58,701 bases of DNA from Reclinomonas americana ATCC 50394 (lineage: Eukaryota). The notes under the pieces were generated by a model, which was given only the letters and a program-made list of their open reading frames with translations, was not told the origin of the DNA and ran no database searches. Positions 1 to 12,636 of this stretch are shown here, piece by piece. The stretch is from positions 17,141 through 75,841 of the forward strand of contig PS015072.1 of assembly GCA_048213135.1 (NCBI GenBank), read 5' to 3'. A program made the position numbers and the translations under genes. Positions within the stretch are counted from its first letter, which is position 1. The number at the start of each line of letters is the position of its first letter.

Positions 1-236
1 GCGCAAGGTGGACCGACAGTCACTGTGTCGATTGAGTACTCAACATCCATGACGTTTGCGAGTGGCGTACTGAATGCATCTGCAGTGTCACCGACCACCG
101 TCAGTGGCGGCGTGGACGCGGCAGTGACGGGCAGTGCAGCAGGCTTGACACCCAACACGCAGTACTACTTCCGCATTGTGGCCACCACGAGTGGTGGAGC
201 GCCTGTGCAGTACGGCGGTGCGCTGCCCTTCACCAC
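1..236 (+). CDS. Inverted fragment of one 105-aa FN3-like repeat unit belonging to the giant surface protein
   Basis: Translates as ...SIEYSTSMTFASGVLNASAVSPTTVSGG...GLTPNTQYYFRIVATTSGGAPVQYGGALPFT. This is nearly identical to the minus-strand repeats at 282-991 but lies on the opposite strand across an N gap. Confidence 0.75.
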
Positions 237-281
237 NNNNNNNNNNNNNNNNNNNNNNNNNNNNNNNNNNNNNNNNNNNNN

Positions 282-2250
282 NGTTCACACTACCTCCCAG
301 CGTCGCCGACACGGCACTCGTCACAGTCGCGGGCGAGCTGGTGGCAGTGGCCAACTTGAATGTGGTAAATGGCAACGCACCACTGTACTGCACAGGCGCT
401 CCACCGCTTGTCGTGGCCACAATGCGAAAGTAGTACTGCGTGTTGGGTGTCAGGCCCGTTGCACTACCCGTCACTGCCGTATCCATGCTGCCGCTGACGG
501 TCGCAGGCGACACTGCAGATGAAGTCAGTACGCCACTCGCAAACGTCATGGATGTGGAGTACTCGATCAACACGGTGACAGTCGGTCCACCTTGCGCATT
601 CGCACTGCCACTCAGCGTCACCGACACGGCACTTGTCACAGTCGCGGGCGAGCTGGTGGCAGTGGCCAGTTTGAATGTGGTGAATGGCAGCGCACCACTG
701 TACTGCACAGGCGCTCCACCACTCGTGGTGGCCACAATGCGGAAGAAGTACTGCGTGTTGGATGCCAAGCCCGTTGCACTTCCCGTCACTGGCGTGTCCA
801 TGCTGCCGCTGACGGTGGTCGGTGACACTGCCGACGCACTCAGTACGCCACTCGCAAACGTCATGGATGTGGAGTACTCAATCGACGCAGTGACTGTCGG
901 TCCACCTTGCGCATTCACACTGCCTCCCAGCGTCGCCGTCACGGCACTTGTCACAGTCGCGGGCGAGCTGGTGGCAGTGGCCAGTTTGAATNNNNNNNNN
1001 NNNNNNNNNNNNNNNNNNNNNNNNNNNNNNNNNNNNNNNNNNNNNNNNNNNNNNNNNNNNNNNNNNNNNNNNNNNNNNNNNNNNNNNNNNNNNNNNNNNN
1101 NNNNNNNNNNNNNNNNNNNNNNNNNNNNNNNNNNNNNNNNNNNNNNNNNNNNNNNNNNNNNNNNNNNNNNNNNNNNNNNNNNNNNNNNNNNNNNNNNNNN
1201 NNNNNNNNNNNNNNNNNNNNNNNNNNNNNNNNNNNNNNNNNNNNNNNNNNNNNNNNNNNNNNNNNNNNNNNNNNNNNNNNNNNNNNNNNNNNNNNNNNNN
1301 NNNNNNNNNNNNNNNNNNNNNNNNNNNNNNNNNNNNNNNNNNNNNNNNNNNNNNNNNNNNNNNNNNNNNNNNNNNNNNNNNNNNNNNNNNNNNNNNNNNN
1401 NNNNNNNNNNNNNNNNNNNNNNNNNNNNNNNNNNNNNNNNNNNNNNNNNNNNNNNNNNNNNNNNNNNNNNNNNNNNNNNNNNNNNNNNNNNNNNNNNNNN
1501 NNNNNNNNNNNNNNNNNNNNNNNNNNNNNNNNNNNNNNNNNNNNNNNNNNNNNNNNNNNNNNNNNNNNNNNNNNNTACGGCACTTGTCACAGTCGCGGGC
1601 GAGCTGGTGGCAGTGGCCAGTGTGAATGTGGTGAATTGCAGCGCACCACTGTTCTGCACAGGCGCTCCACCGGTCGATGTGGCCACGATGCGGAAGTAGT
1701 ACTGCGTGTTAGGTGTCAAGCCTGTTGCACTTCCCGTCACTGGCGTGTCCATGCTGCCGCTGACGGTGGTCGGTGACACTGCCGACGCATTCAGTATGCC
1801 ACTCGCGAAAGTCGCGGATGTAGAGTACTCGATCGACACGGTGACAGTCGGTCCACCTTGTGCGTTCACACTGCCTCCCAGCGTCGCTGACACGGCGCTC
1901 GTCACAGTGGCGGGTGAGCTGGTGGCAACAGGAAGGTTGAATGGCGTAAATGGAACCACGTTGCCGTACCGCACAAACGCTCCACCGCTTGTGGTGGCCA
2001 CAATGCGGAAGTAGTACTGCGTGCTTATCGTGAGACCGGCTGCACTACCAGTCACATTCACGGTGCTGGTGCCGCTGACGGTGACTGGCGACACTGCAGA
2101 TGCAGTGAGCACACCATTCGCAAACGTCATGGATGTGGAGAACTCGATCGAAACGGTGACCGTCGATCCACCTTGCGCGTTCACCGTGCCTCCCAGCGTC
2201 GCCGATGTTGGGCCTGTCACCACAGCCGCCAGACTCACAACCAATGGCAC
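282..2250 (-). repeat. Near-identical coding tandem repeat, 315 bp (105 aa) period
   Basis: The motif GAAGTAGTACTGCGTG, or a close variant, recurs near 427, 743, 1693 and 2008. Assembly gaps at 237-281 and 992-1575 fall inside the array. Confidence 0.9.
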
Positions 2251-5200
2251 GTTAAGCGTTGCAAATGTTGCCGACATGGACTCCTGCGCTGGCGATACAC
2301 CCTGAACAGTGCTTGCGAACTTGAAATTATACGTGGTGGCTGGGCTGAGTCCGCTCACAACGGCAGTGACAGTCACAGGAGTGGATCCCGTGATGGGTGC
2401 AGCTGGAGTGGTGTTCGACACGATGATCACATTGGCGGTGAACGCGGCGTCGGTGGCCACAATGAATGACACTGTATCGGCGCGACCATTGGAAGCATTC
2501 ACCGTCCCCGACAGTGTCGCCGACCCGGCTGTTATAACCGTGGCACTTCCGATCATCACAACAGGCAGCCCGGGGGTTGTTGCCGTTAGAATTGAACCAC
2601 GTTGCGGCGAATTGCCAACCACGACAGCCACCACACGATACGAATAGCTTGTGCTTGGTTGGAGGCCGGCAATGACAGCCGACACTGTCTGCGATCCACT
2701 GCCAGAGAACGGCCCAGCCGGCGTGGTTGTCGTAACCACCGTCACGCCACTTGACAGGTCCGCAACGAGACTGTACTCAAACGTCACGGTGACTGCGCTG
2801 TTGTTCTTCGGATCAACAGTGCCGTTGAGGGTGATTGTCGTCTGGAACACAGAGGAGGCGGTCACCGTCGTGACAGTGGGGTTGCCGGGGGCGATGAAGA
2901 ACAGTGTTGCACCCTGCAGCACCTGCATTGTGGCCGTCACTGTCACAGCAAAGCGAAAGTAGTACGTCGTCAGCGGAGTGAGACCAGTGACAGTGGCCGC
3001 GACGTCTATGCGAGTGGTGCCAGTGTAAGGTGACGAGGGCGTCAGAACGCTCACGGTGGTGACGCTTGTGGCCAAGGTCGATGACGTGCTGTAATGGAAC
3101 ACAGCCGTGCAGCTCTGGCCAGCAGGATTCAGTGCGCCGCGGAACACCACACTCTGCGGAGTCAGGTCGGTCACTGCTGACGTTTCCACAGTGGAAAACG
3201 AAAGAGCGGCACCCAGTTGTGGTGCAGTCAAGTCCACCGTCGTGCCAACCACACGATAGAAGAAGGTAAGAAGGGGAGCAAGGCCAGTAACTGTCGCACT
3301 AACACTGATGGGCGCTGTTGAAGTCACAGTTGCGGACGGCGAGATACTGGAGACAGTCACCACACCAGTTGCGAAGGTCGAGTCCGTCGAGTACTGAAAC
3401 GAAACAGTCACTGTGCTGCCGCCATTGGTGCCCACGGAGGCGTTGAGAATAGCACTGCTGACGGTCACGGCGGTGGCGGCTGTGGTGGTCAGCGCCGGAA
3501 GCGGACGAGTGGAGAACGACAAGATGGCACCATCCAGCGTTGTTGAGTTGATGGTCACCGTCACCTGGAAGAAGTATGTGGTGCTGGCTGACAGCCCACT
3601 GACAGCCGCACTGATCGCAACAGCACCGGGGGTCGAGTATGGGCCAGCGGGCGACACGGACGTCACGGCGACCACGCCAGTGGCGAGCGTTGGCGATGTG
3701 GAATACAAAAATGAAGCACTCGCAGCGCCCACTGTTCCGGGGTCGAGTGAGGCATTCAGAACGACAGACACTGGCGCGACACTTGTGGCTGCCAAGGTGA
3801 GAACAGTCGAAAAAAACTTCCCCATATCGGTAACCCCAGATGGCACGTCAACAGAGGTGCCAACAGCACGGAAGTAGTATGTACGACTCGGCAGCAGACC
3901 AGTGACAGTGGCGGTTACGGTCTGCGGGGAACTCCCTGTAAACGGACCCGCAGGCGACGTGCTTGACACGACGACGACGCCAGTCGCAAACGTGGAGTCC
4001 AGTGACACACGAAATACGAATGTCACAGTCGCACTGTCGTTTGGGTCCACAGAACCAGCCAGAATGACGGTGTCAAGTGCTGTCAGTGTTGCACTGCTTG
4101 TCGCCACAGTTGGAAGCGCCCTTGTCGTGAAGGTGCTAGAAGACGAACATGTCGGCGCCGCATCACCGGTCACAGTTGCACAGATTCGCCAGCGCACAGC
4201 AGTGGAAGGAGCCAGGCCAGTTATCGTTCCACTGCTCACCGTCACAAAGGCACTGCCAGTGAGGGGCATGGCTTCGGCGGCCGATTGAGTGATGATGGAG
4301 CCACTGGTGAACGACGTGTCTGTCGATACCGTCACTTGAAAGACAACTGCCGACACAACGTTGTTGTTGGGTGAAACAGAACCAGTTGTGGCAACAGTAG
4401 TGGCGGTGAATGTTGGTGTGACACCACTAATCGAGGCAGCAGCGCCGATTCGCCCTACAAAGGACAAAAGTGATCCACGTACAACCGTCATTCCAGCGTC
4501 GTTGCTTGCAGCCGTGCGATAAAAGTACGTTCTGCCTGGAAGTGCACTCACATCAGCGCTGACCGCAGTCGTTGATGATCCGCCGACAGTTGGCGGCGTG
4601 GCGGTTGTCGACGAGAATGTCGAAGGCCCTTGAATTCGCCGGATGCTCGTGTTACCGACGTCGCCGACGAACCACGAGTCGGAGGCTGCGTGGTACGCAA
4701 CGTGTGGGGCACTGGTCGAAAATCGCGCCACAGACGCCAGACCATCGATGGCGGTTCCTGTTGTACCGCGGGTGCCGGCAAAAGTGCTCATGACTTTGGT
4801 CACGGGGTCGTATTTGCTGTGCCACCACCGATCAGTGTGAATGCATGCATAGTTTGCCAACATAAGAAGGACTCACCGGATGGACCCTGCAAGTGAGGAG
4901 TCTGTTCCAAAGTACAGAACCCCGCCGCCATCCACCGTAAATGCGGAAAACGCCCCAGAAAAACTCACAGCTTGGTCAACAGTGTCCAAGTTCTGGGTAA
5001 CGGCCGACGATATCGTGAGATCCACCGTGCTTGTCACTGTGTTGTATCGTCTTAAAGTAGTGGCGTTAGAGTTGAAATACACGTATGTGTCGCTGGGATC
5101 GATTGCCAACTGAGTTGTGGAAGAGGCGGTACCGCTCCCAGCGGCTGCAGTGATTGTGGCTCCCGGAATTGTAAGTCGCTGTACTGCTGTGAACCAGCCA

Positions 5201-8200
5201 CCGATGTACAGGATGGAGCCATCGCTGCGCATCGCAGCTCCGCTGGAGTAATCCACCAATACCGCTGCACTGCCACTACCGCTTGGTGGAGAGATGCAAG
5301 TGCTTGTCGATGTGCCCGCAAACGTTGTCACAGTGGCAGATGCCACAGACACCCGTCGTACTGCACAGTAGCTTCCAGACGTCCCGCTGACAACGAAGAG
5401 ATCACCAGTGGGTGGGTGAACTGCAAGGCCAGCAATGTTTTTGAAGGAGGCACTCGCTCCCACGCCATCAGCAGTTCCTGCCGTTGTACTGCCAACAAAA
5501 GTAGATGCAACACCGGCAGATGTCACTCGCAAAATGCCTCTGTGAAGGCTGTTTGCCATGTACAGATTGCCAGAGGCATCGGTCACGAGTCCTGCTGAAG
5601 TCCCCGGCGTAACGCTTGTCGCAAACGTGCTCACCACTGGTTCACCGACCTCAAACCACACGCTTGTCGTGGAGGCTGCATCGTTCGCATTGACAGTTCC
5701 GTTCACAGTGGTGGTTGATGTCGAGATGCCGACTGCCGCAGCGGTGGCCACCGACGGCAGTGTTTGCGTGTAAAACGTTTCGATAGCGCCATTCTGTGCC
5801 GCAGACACGCCAGTGATTCGAATCACCACACGGAATCCGTAAGTTGTCATGCCCGTGAGGCCAGTCACAGCGCAACTCAGTGGAATACTGTTTGCGCCAG
5901 TGTACGGACCAGCTGGACTCAGAGATGTGCAAGTATGCACACCAGAAGCCAGTGTCACATCTGTTGAGTACTCGAACACAACACTGTCAAGCGGGACCGT
6001 GTTGGGATTCAGTGAGGCGCGAAGAGTGACAGTGCTCAGTTGCACATTGGTCGCAGAGAGTGTGCTCCAAGTCGGCATTGTCAGCGTGGTGAATGACACT
6101 GGTGTGCTGTTGACGGTGCCCGCTGCAGTGACGAGAACCACCTGAAACCAATACTGTGTCGAAGGACTGAGACCGGTGGCGGTGCCAGACACAGCAATGG
6201 CGGAAGTTCCCATGTACGGAGCAGCTGGGGTCACCGTAGTGATAGTCGTCACACCCGTCACAAGTGTAGGGTCTGTGGAGGAAAACTGAAAAGTCAACGA
6301 AGTAACACTGTCTCCGCTCGGCGGCAACACAGCCGCGTTGAGAACCGCAGACACAGGGCTGATGCTTGACGACGTCACACTTACAGTATTTGCCGTCAAG
6401 GTGCTTCCCAGAAGCGGTGGCGCGAGCTCTGAGGAAGTGAGGCGTGCTCGAAAGTACCACCTGGTGCTACCATTGAGTCCAGTCACTGTCGCCGACACCG
6501 TGATGTTGCTCGTACCAGTCTGCGTTCCAGCCGGCGTGACTGTGGACCACAACTGAACGCCGGTACTGAAGCTGCTGTCCGTCGAGTAATCAAAGGCCAC
6601 TGTTACCGCTGCGCTCCCGTTGGGGTTCATGGTCACAGCAACTGTCACCGACGACGATGTGCTGGACGTAATGCCTGTTGACGCGATCATCGGGAGTGCA
6701 GCCGTCGTCGCATTGGCCACTGAGCTGGTCACGGACTGACTGGTGTCACTCGCCGGTACTGCCGTGCAGCGGAAGTAGTAGGTGGTGTTGGACGTCAATC
6801 CCGAGGCTGTGGCAGAGACAGTGGTGCCTGCAGCTGCAGAGGTGACGGAGCTGGAAGCGGTAAACGTCTGCAAGACGGGTGACATATTGGAAGCCGTCGA
6901 GAGTGCAACAGTGACTGCACAGGCGCCGCCGTTGTTGGTGGTGATTGGGCATCTCAGCAAGAGCGTGAAAGATGTCTTTGTGGCAGTCGGCGTTACCAGC
7001 GTTGGCAGGTTGAGAGTGGTGGCAAGCTGTGCTGAACCACGAGTCGCAGTGGCTCCATTGTTGTTGGTCGCCGCTGCCTGGAACACGAAGGTGGTCGATG
7101 GCGACAGACTGGAGATAGTGGCGGAAACGGACACTGGCGCGGTGCCCGTCAAGTTGGCCGGCGACGCACTTGCCACTGAAAACGTAGTCGGATACGAGAT
7201 CCGACGGAGGCCTGTGAGATGCGAGTTGAATGAGAATGCAACACATTGCAGCAAGGAGAAGAAAAATTGCTGCAGCTACCTTTGTCGTCAGCCACCAGCA
7301 GCGAGTTGGATTGGCTGTTGAACACGATGCCACTTGTGTTGTTCATGGAGAAGCGTGCAACGCTACCCGCGCCATCAGTGTTGCCACTGCCTGAATCACA
7401 ACGTCCAGCGTATGCCGTCACGCTGCCAGAGGGCGTCACTCGGCGGATGCAGTCGTTGCCAGCATCCACCAAAAACATGTTGCCGCTGGCGTCCACAGCC
7501 AGACCACCAAGTGTCGTCGAGAACGACGACGCTGCAGTGCCCACTCCATCTGCTCTGCCAGAGTAGTTGCCTCCCGCTATGGCCGACAGAGTCGCCGTGC
7601 TGAGAACGATTTTCGACACACCCGGGGCACTCGTAGTCATGAAGGCTTCTTGACCGGTCGATCCAATGACGATACCGTAGCATGACACGCTGGAAGTGAC
7701 AGTCGAAACAGTGGCAGTTGTCGTCTGAACAGCACGTATCCTACTTGAATCGCAAGCGTACAATGTAGAGCCGTCGGTGGTGATGGCAAGTCCATAGAGG
7801 GCAGAGCTGAACCGAGCAGCGGATCCAACGCCGTTCGTCGAACCTGGTGATCCTGCGACTCCTGCGTATGTCGTCACGACACCGCCAGCCGTCACCTGTG
7901 AAAGTGCAGTGATAACTTGAATTAACCTCCCATCAGCAAGCGGGTCGCGAGGAATACACGCAACTCGTCGAATGGTTTGGTTTCCCCTGTCAGCCACAAA
8001 ATAGTCACCAGAAGGCGAGTGAACTGCGATGCCAACTGGACTATTGAACCGGGCGGCGGAACCAGTGCCGTCTGTTGCTCCTGAGGAACCGCTCGTTCCA
8101 GCGACGAGTGACAACACGCCAGTGGTGCTGATACGACGCACAACATGCACGTTTGTGGATGTCATGACGAGATTCCCGGCGGCATCATAGGTCATATGTC

Positions 8201-8507
8201 CACTTGTGCCGACACTTGCCGCCAACTGCTCTGTGCTCACTTGCAACTCAGCGTACTCAAAGAATCCGTTCGTGGCCGTGGATGCTCCATTGGGGTTGAC
8301 AGTGGCGTTGAGAACGACACTGCTCTGAGTCGGTGACGAGGCGGCACTCGTGCTGACGATGGGGTCTATCTGGCCGCACACTGGGGCAGCCAAGACGGCC
8401 AGTGCTGCAATGACGACGATGGCGACGACAAGAGGAGAGGTGGTGTTGGGTAGAGGTTGATGCAGTTGGCGCTGGTGGCGGTGGCGGTGGTGCAAGACGG
8501 ACGACAT
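282..8507 (-). CDS. Giant (>2,600 aa, 3'-incomplete) secreted Ser/Thr-rich protein with NHL beta-propeller segments and many FN3/Ig-like repeats
   Basis: ATG at 8507 is followed by a hydrophobic signal-like stretch (LVVAIVVIAALAVLAAPVCG). NHL-type motifs include GTSGSSGATDGTGSAARFNSPVGIAV and LAVDASGNMFLVDAGNDCIRRV. The FN3-like motif ATLxGxVNxxG...GLxPxTxYYFR recurs. Three short GT-AG introns (about 7964-7896, 7279-7212, 4876-4819) join ORFs 7149-8624, 4873-7254 and 88-4863 in frame. Confidence 0.85.
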
Positions 8508-10064
8508 GTGCGTACACGACGGCGCAAAACGCTTCCCACACATTGATGTTGCGAATGATGGCCTCCGTGCTGCAGACGTCGCTAGCAACTCTCCTTGGGT
8601 GTGCGTGTGCGCCGTCCTCTGCATGTTTGTGGAAGAGATGCAGACGAGTCAGTCGAGCAGCTCTTGCCGACGCAGACTGATGCACCGAACAAGATCTCAC
8701 CGTTTCGGAAACGAACGTGCTGTACACAAGCGAGTCGTGGTGTTGACGAGGAAAAGAGGGAGAGAGTGCGAGGAAGAGAGTAAAAGAAGAAAGATGCGTG
8801 GCGATGTCGCAGAGAGGAGTGGGGGACGCAATACAAATGGGGTCAATTGGGAGTCAAATTGCAGTCAAGCACACGGCTGGACACGCACAGCACGGGACGA
8901 GAAAGAAACGCACACACGCGAGGGCATGTTCGCCACATGCAATACTATGTGTGCAGCAGTCAACAGAGGACTCTGGCCGACATTAACGCTGTGTCTGGCA
9001 ATATCGATAATGAGAAGTTCGGCCAACCCAATAACGACGAGAGAAGCGACGCACCTGCATCGTGAAGCCGCTCACTCGGAGCGACAGAGTCGATGANNNN
9101 NNNNNNNNNNNNNNNNNNNNNNNNNNNNNNNNNNNNNNNNNNNNNNNNNNNNNNNNNNNNNNNNNNNNNNNNNNNNNNNNNNNNNNNNNNNNNNNNNNNN
9201 NNNNNNNNNNNNNNNNNNNNNNNNNNNNNNNNNNNNNNNNNNNNNNNNNNNNNNNNNNNNNNNNNNNNNNNNNNNNNNNNNNNNNNNNNNNNNNNNNNNN
9301 NNNNNNNNNNNNNNNNNNNNNNNNNNNNNNNNNNNNNNNNNNNNNNNNNNNNNNNNNNNNNNNNNNNNNNNNNNNNNNNNNNNNNNNNNNNNNNNNNNNN
9401 NNNNNNNNNNNNNNNNNNNNNNNNNNNNNNNNNNNNNNNNNNNNNNNNNNNNNNNNNNNNNNNNNNNNNNNNNNNNNNNNNNNNNNNNNNNNNNNNNNNN
9501 NNNNNNNNNNNNNNNNNNNNNNNNNNNNNNNNNNNNNNNNNNNNNNNNNNNNNNNNNNNNNNNNNNNNNNNNNNNNNNNNNNNNNNNNNNNNNNNNNNNN
9601 NNNNNNNNNNNNNNNNNNNNNNNNNNNNNNNNNNNNNNNNNNNNNNNNNNNNNNNNNNNNNNNNNNNNNNNNNNNNNNNNNNNNNNNNNNNNNNNNNNNN
9701 NNNNNNNNNNNNNNNNNNNNNNNNNNNNNNNNNNNNNNNNNNNNNNNNNNNNNNNNNNNNNNNNNNNNNNNNNNNNNNNNNNNNNNNNNNNNNNNNNNNN
9801 NNNNNNNNNNNNNNNNNNNNNNNNNNNNNNNNNNNNNNNNNNNNNNNNNNNNNNNNNNNNNNNNNNNNNNNNNNNNNNNNNNNNNNNNNNNNNNNNNNNN
9901 NNNNNNNNNNNNNNNNNNNNNNNNNNNNNNNNNNNNNNNNNNNNNNNNNNNNNNNNNNNNNNNNNNNNNNNNNNNNNNNNNNNNNNNNNNNNNNNNNNNN
10001 NNNNNNNNNNNNNNNNNNNNNNNNNNNNNNNNNNNNNNNNNNNNNNNNNNNNNNNNNNNNNNNN

Positions 10065-10745
10065 AAGATGCAGCGCCGCACAACATCACCGAGTCGCCGC
10101 AGCCGCTCTCCCGCGCGGCGCCGCATGACAGCCGACGTGGCCGTGTCCTCGCAGGAGATCGAGTGCGGGCAGACGTCGCCCTCGCGACGCCGCACCGCCG
10201 CCTCCATCCTTGCCGCCTCACCCGCCGCCCCACAAGTCGCCCGTCGCGCCTCGCCCGCTCGACGTCGCAGCACCGCCCCTGCCGCCTCGTCCTCCATCGC
10301 CGCCGCACTGCAAGAGGCCGACGAGGACGACTACACGCTCACGCCGCGTCGACGGGCCACGCGCGGCGCACTGGCGCGTGGCGAAGTCGAGCCTGTGGTG
10401 CTGATGGGTGGCGTGGAGGACCCCGACGCGCTGCGGCGACAGCGTCATCGCGAGCGGCATTTGGCAATGGAAGAGTCGAAGCGCGAGTTGGCCTCGCAGC
10501 TGCGCAGCACGCGGAGTGCGCCTCCGGTGGTGCATGAGGAGGCTCCTCCGCCTGTGGTGATGCCGCGTACGCCGGAGCGCGTGGTGGTGAGTGACAGCGC
10601 GTTGCCGCCGACTCCGCCGCACGCGGAGCTGCCGTCGCCGCCGAGACCACATTTGGGATCGCCGCAGGTGACGCAGGCGGCGTCGCCTGTGCACGGAGAA
10701 GGCGATGAGCAGGCGGCGGGATCGTGGTGGTGCGCGCTGTTGTGA
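10065..10745 (+). CDS. 3' part of a low-complexity Ser/Pro/Arg-rich protein ending in a CAAX box (WWCALL*)
   Basis: The frame is open from the gap to TGA at 10743-10745. The C-terminal CALL fits the CaaX prenylation motif. The 5' end is lost in gap 9097-10064. Confidence 0.6.
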   Translation, partial: KMQRRTTSPSRRSRSPARRRMTADVAVSSQEIECGQTSPSRRRTAASILAASPAAPQVARRASPARRRSTAPAASSSIAAALQEADEDDYTLTPRRRATRGALARGEVEPVVLMGGVEDPDALRRQRHRERHLAMEESKRELASQLRSTRSAPPVVHEEAPPPVVMPRTPERVVVSDSALPPTPPHAELPSPPRPHLGSPQVTQAASPVHGEGDEQAAGSWWCALL

Positions 10746-11332
10746 GCGAGTGGGGTTGCACGTGCGGCGTGTGCAATGCGCGATGCTGTCTCGTGCTTGT
10801 CGTTGTGTGCTTTTTTCCTCTCGTTTCTTTTGTCTCTCGCGACTGGCTGCTGCTCTCCTCCGTCTTTCCATGTCGTGATTGAACCAATGTGGATCTCCCC
10901 AAGTGTGTGACGCAGACGCGGCTCTACCTGCACGACTGTTCTTGTTGAGTGAGCGATGTCTGCTGAGCCGTGTGCAAGCAGATCGTGCGGTGCGTGAGTG
11001 AGATGATGCCATCCATGTCAGCATAGCAAGTTAGAATCGCCCGCTGCGGGCCACGCAGCTCTTCTTGCCATTTCTCGACCAAGAGGCAGAAACACAACAC
11101 GGCAGCCGATGCGACCCNNNNNNNNNNNNNNNNNNNNTCACTCACTCACTCACTCACTCACTCACTCACTCACTCACTCACTCACTCACTCACTCACTCA
11201 CTCACCCACTCACTCCCTCCCTCCCTCCCCCACTCACTCACTCACTCACTCACTCTCTCTCTCTCTCACTCCCTCCTCCCTCTCTCCTCACACCCTCTCC
11301 CTCTCACTCACTCCCTCCCTCTCTTCTCACAG

Positions 11333-12406
11333 CTTGCAAGTCGTGTGCATCTTTATCACGTTGATCATGGTGTGGGCGGTGGTCAGTCAGACTGTGCTCT
11401 GCGAGGCCGGCCTGTGCATTGCCGCGTGTGGACGCTTTGTGTGTGTGCAACTGATGGCGGGAGCGCATTTGGTGCTGGCGGCGGCTGCACGTTTCCCGCG
11501 CATTATCAATCTCAGTGATGGATCCAAGGCGTGGAGTCTGCCGTTTACGATTCCGTTGTTGTTGGTGCAGACGGCATGTTGAGTACTGGGGAAGAGAAGG
11601 ATGCATCTGATTGACGCGACAGCGGAGAGCTCTGTTGTCTTTGGAGAGGAAGGGAATGAGGACGAGGTGAACGCAGTGCGTCTGCGAGTGCTTCGATAGA
11701 GCGGCAGCATGTACAGTGTGAGAACAGAGAGTGAGAGAGGAGCGACATGTCTGCCTGACTCTCAGCGAGAAGGTGGGGTTTTTGTATTCGGAGAGAGGCA
11801 GTAGAGTCTGAGAGATTTTCGAGGGGAGCACGTGTACTCTTCTTCGTCGATTGCAGCTGTTGTCTGTGCGTAGGATGGGAACTAGAGCGAGAGTGAGTTT
11901 GGTGAACGGAGAGATGAGGCGGTGTCCTGGAGTGCATGAGCGCTCACGAGTCCTCTCGTTTACCTCTCTCTTCCTCCTCACAGCATTCGGTGTAAGCACG
12001 TGCTACTCGCCTCGTGATTTATCAGGCTCTGTTGTCTCTCTCTTTTCTTCTGCCATTCTCTCCCTCGCTCTTTCTCTCTCTCTCTCTCTTCTCTGAAGAA
12101 CAGCACATTACAGTTGATCCAGTGGAAAGGTTATTGAGAGAAGCACGCTGGATGTGGCCTCCCTGAGTCCTGCTTTTCGCTCAGCGGATTATGAGACACG
12201 CAGCAGTTGTCATCTTCGTGATATGTGGTGTTGCCCTTCCCTTCTATCCCTTCCCCTTATCCTCACCCTCCCTTCCCCCTCCCCACGCAGTCGCCGTGGT
12301 CTACTACGTCTACATGTTCCGCGCGGTGGAGCAAATGGCCCACCCGCGCCACTACGGCCGCGTGGCTGGACTCGGCATGCGCTCTGGCATGCGCACTGTG
12401 CCATGA
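11333..12406 (+). CDS. TMEM138: TMEM138-like ciliary membrane protein (5'-incomplete; exons 11333-11577, 12291-12406)
   Basis: The spliced product LQVVCIFITLIMVWAVVSQTVLCEAGL...LLLVQTAFAVVYYVYMFRAVEQMAHPRHY is colinear with recalled TMEM138 ([27 protein letters not shown]...[26 protein letters not shown]). Confidence 0.65.
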
Positions 12407-12636
12407 ACGCCGACCAGCGGCGAGTGAGCGCCACCACCAACCTCAACCACGAGCTCTTTTTTTTTGCTCCACTACGAGATGAGGCCGCGCGCGCGAGACA
12501 CGCAGCGTCTTTTCTGTGCGCTGCGCACCAGACGCAATGTCGACTCGGAGACACACGCACTCGCCACGAGAGCGGCGGACCAGCGCATCTAATGAACGCG
12601 TTCCCCACATTTTTTACTCCTTCCCTGCACCCTCCT

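Noticed and set aside
282-8507. Bacterial contaminant contig, or a true teneurin
   Set aside because: It contains host-type spliceosomal introns. No EGF or YD/RHS repeats are visible.
10924-11117. Missing first exon of TMEM138 on the minus strand
   Set aside because: The similarity is too weak, there is no convincing donor, and the orientation is inconsistent.
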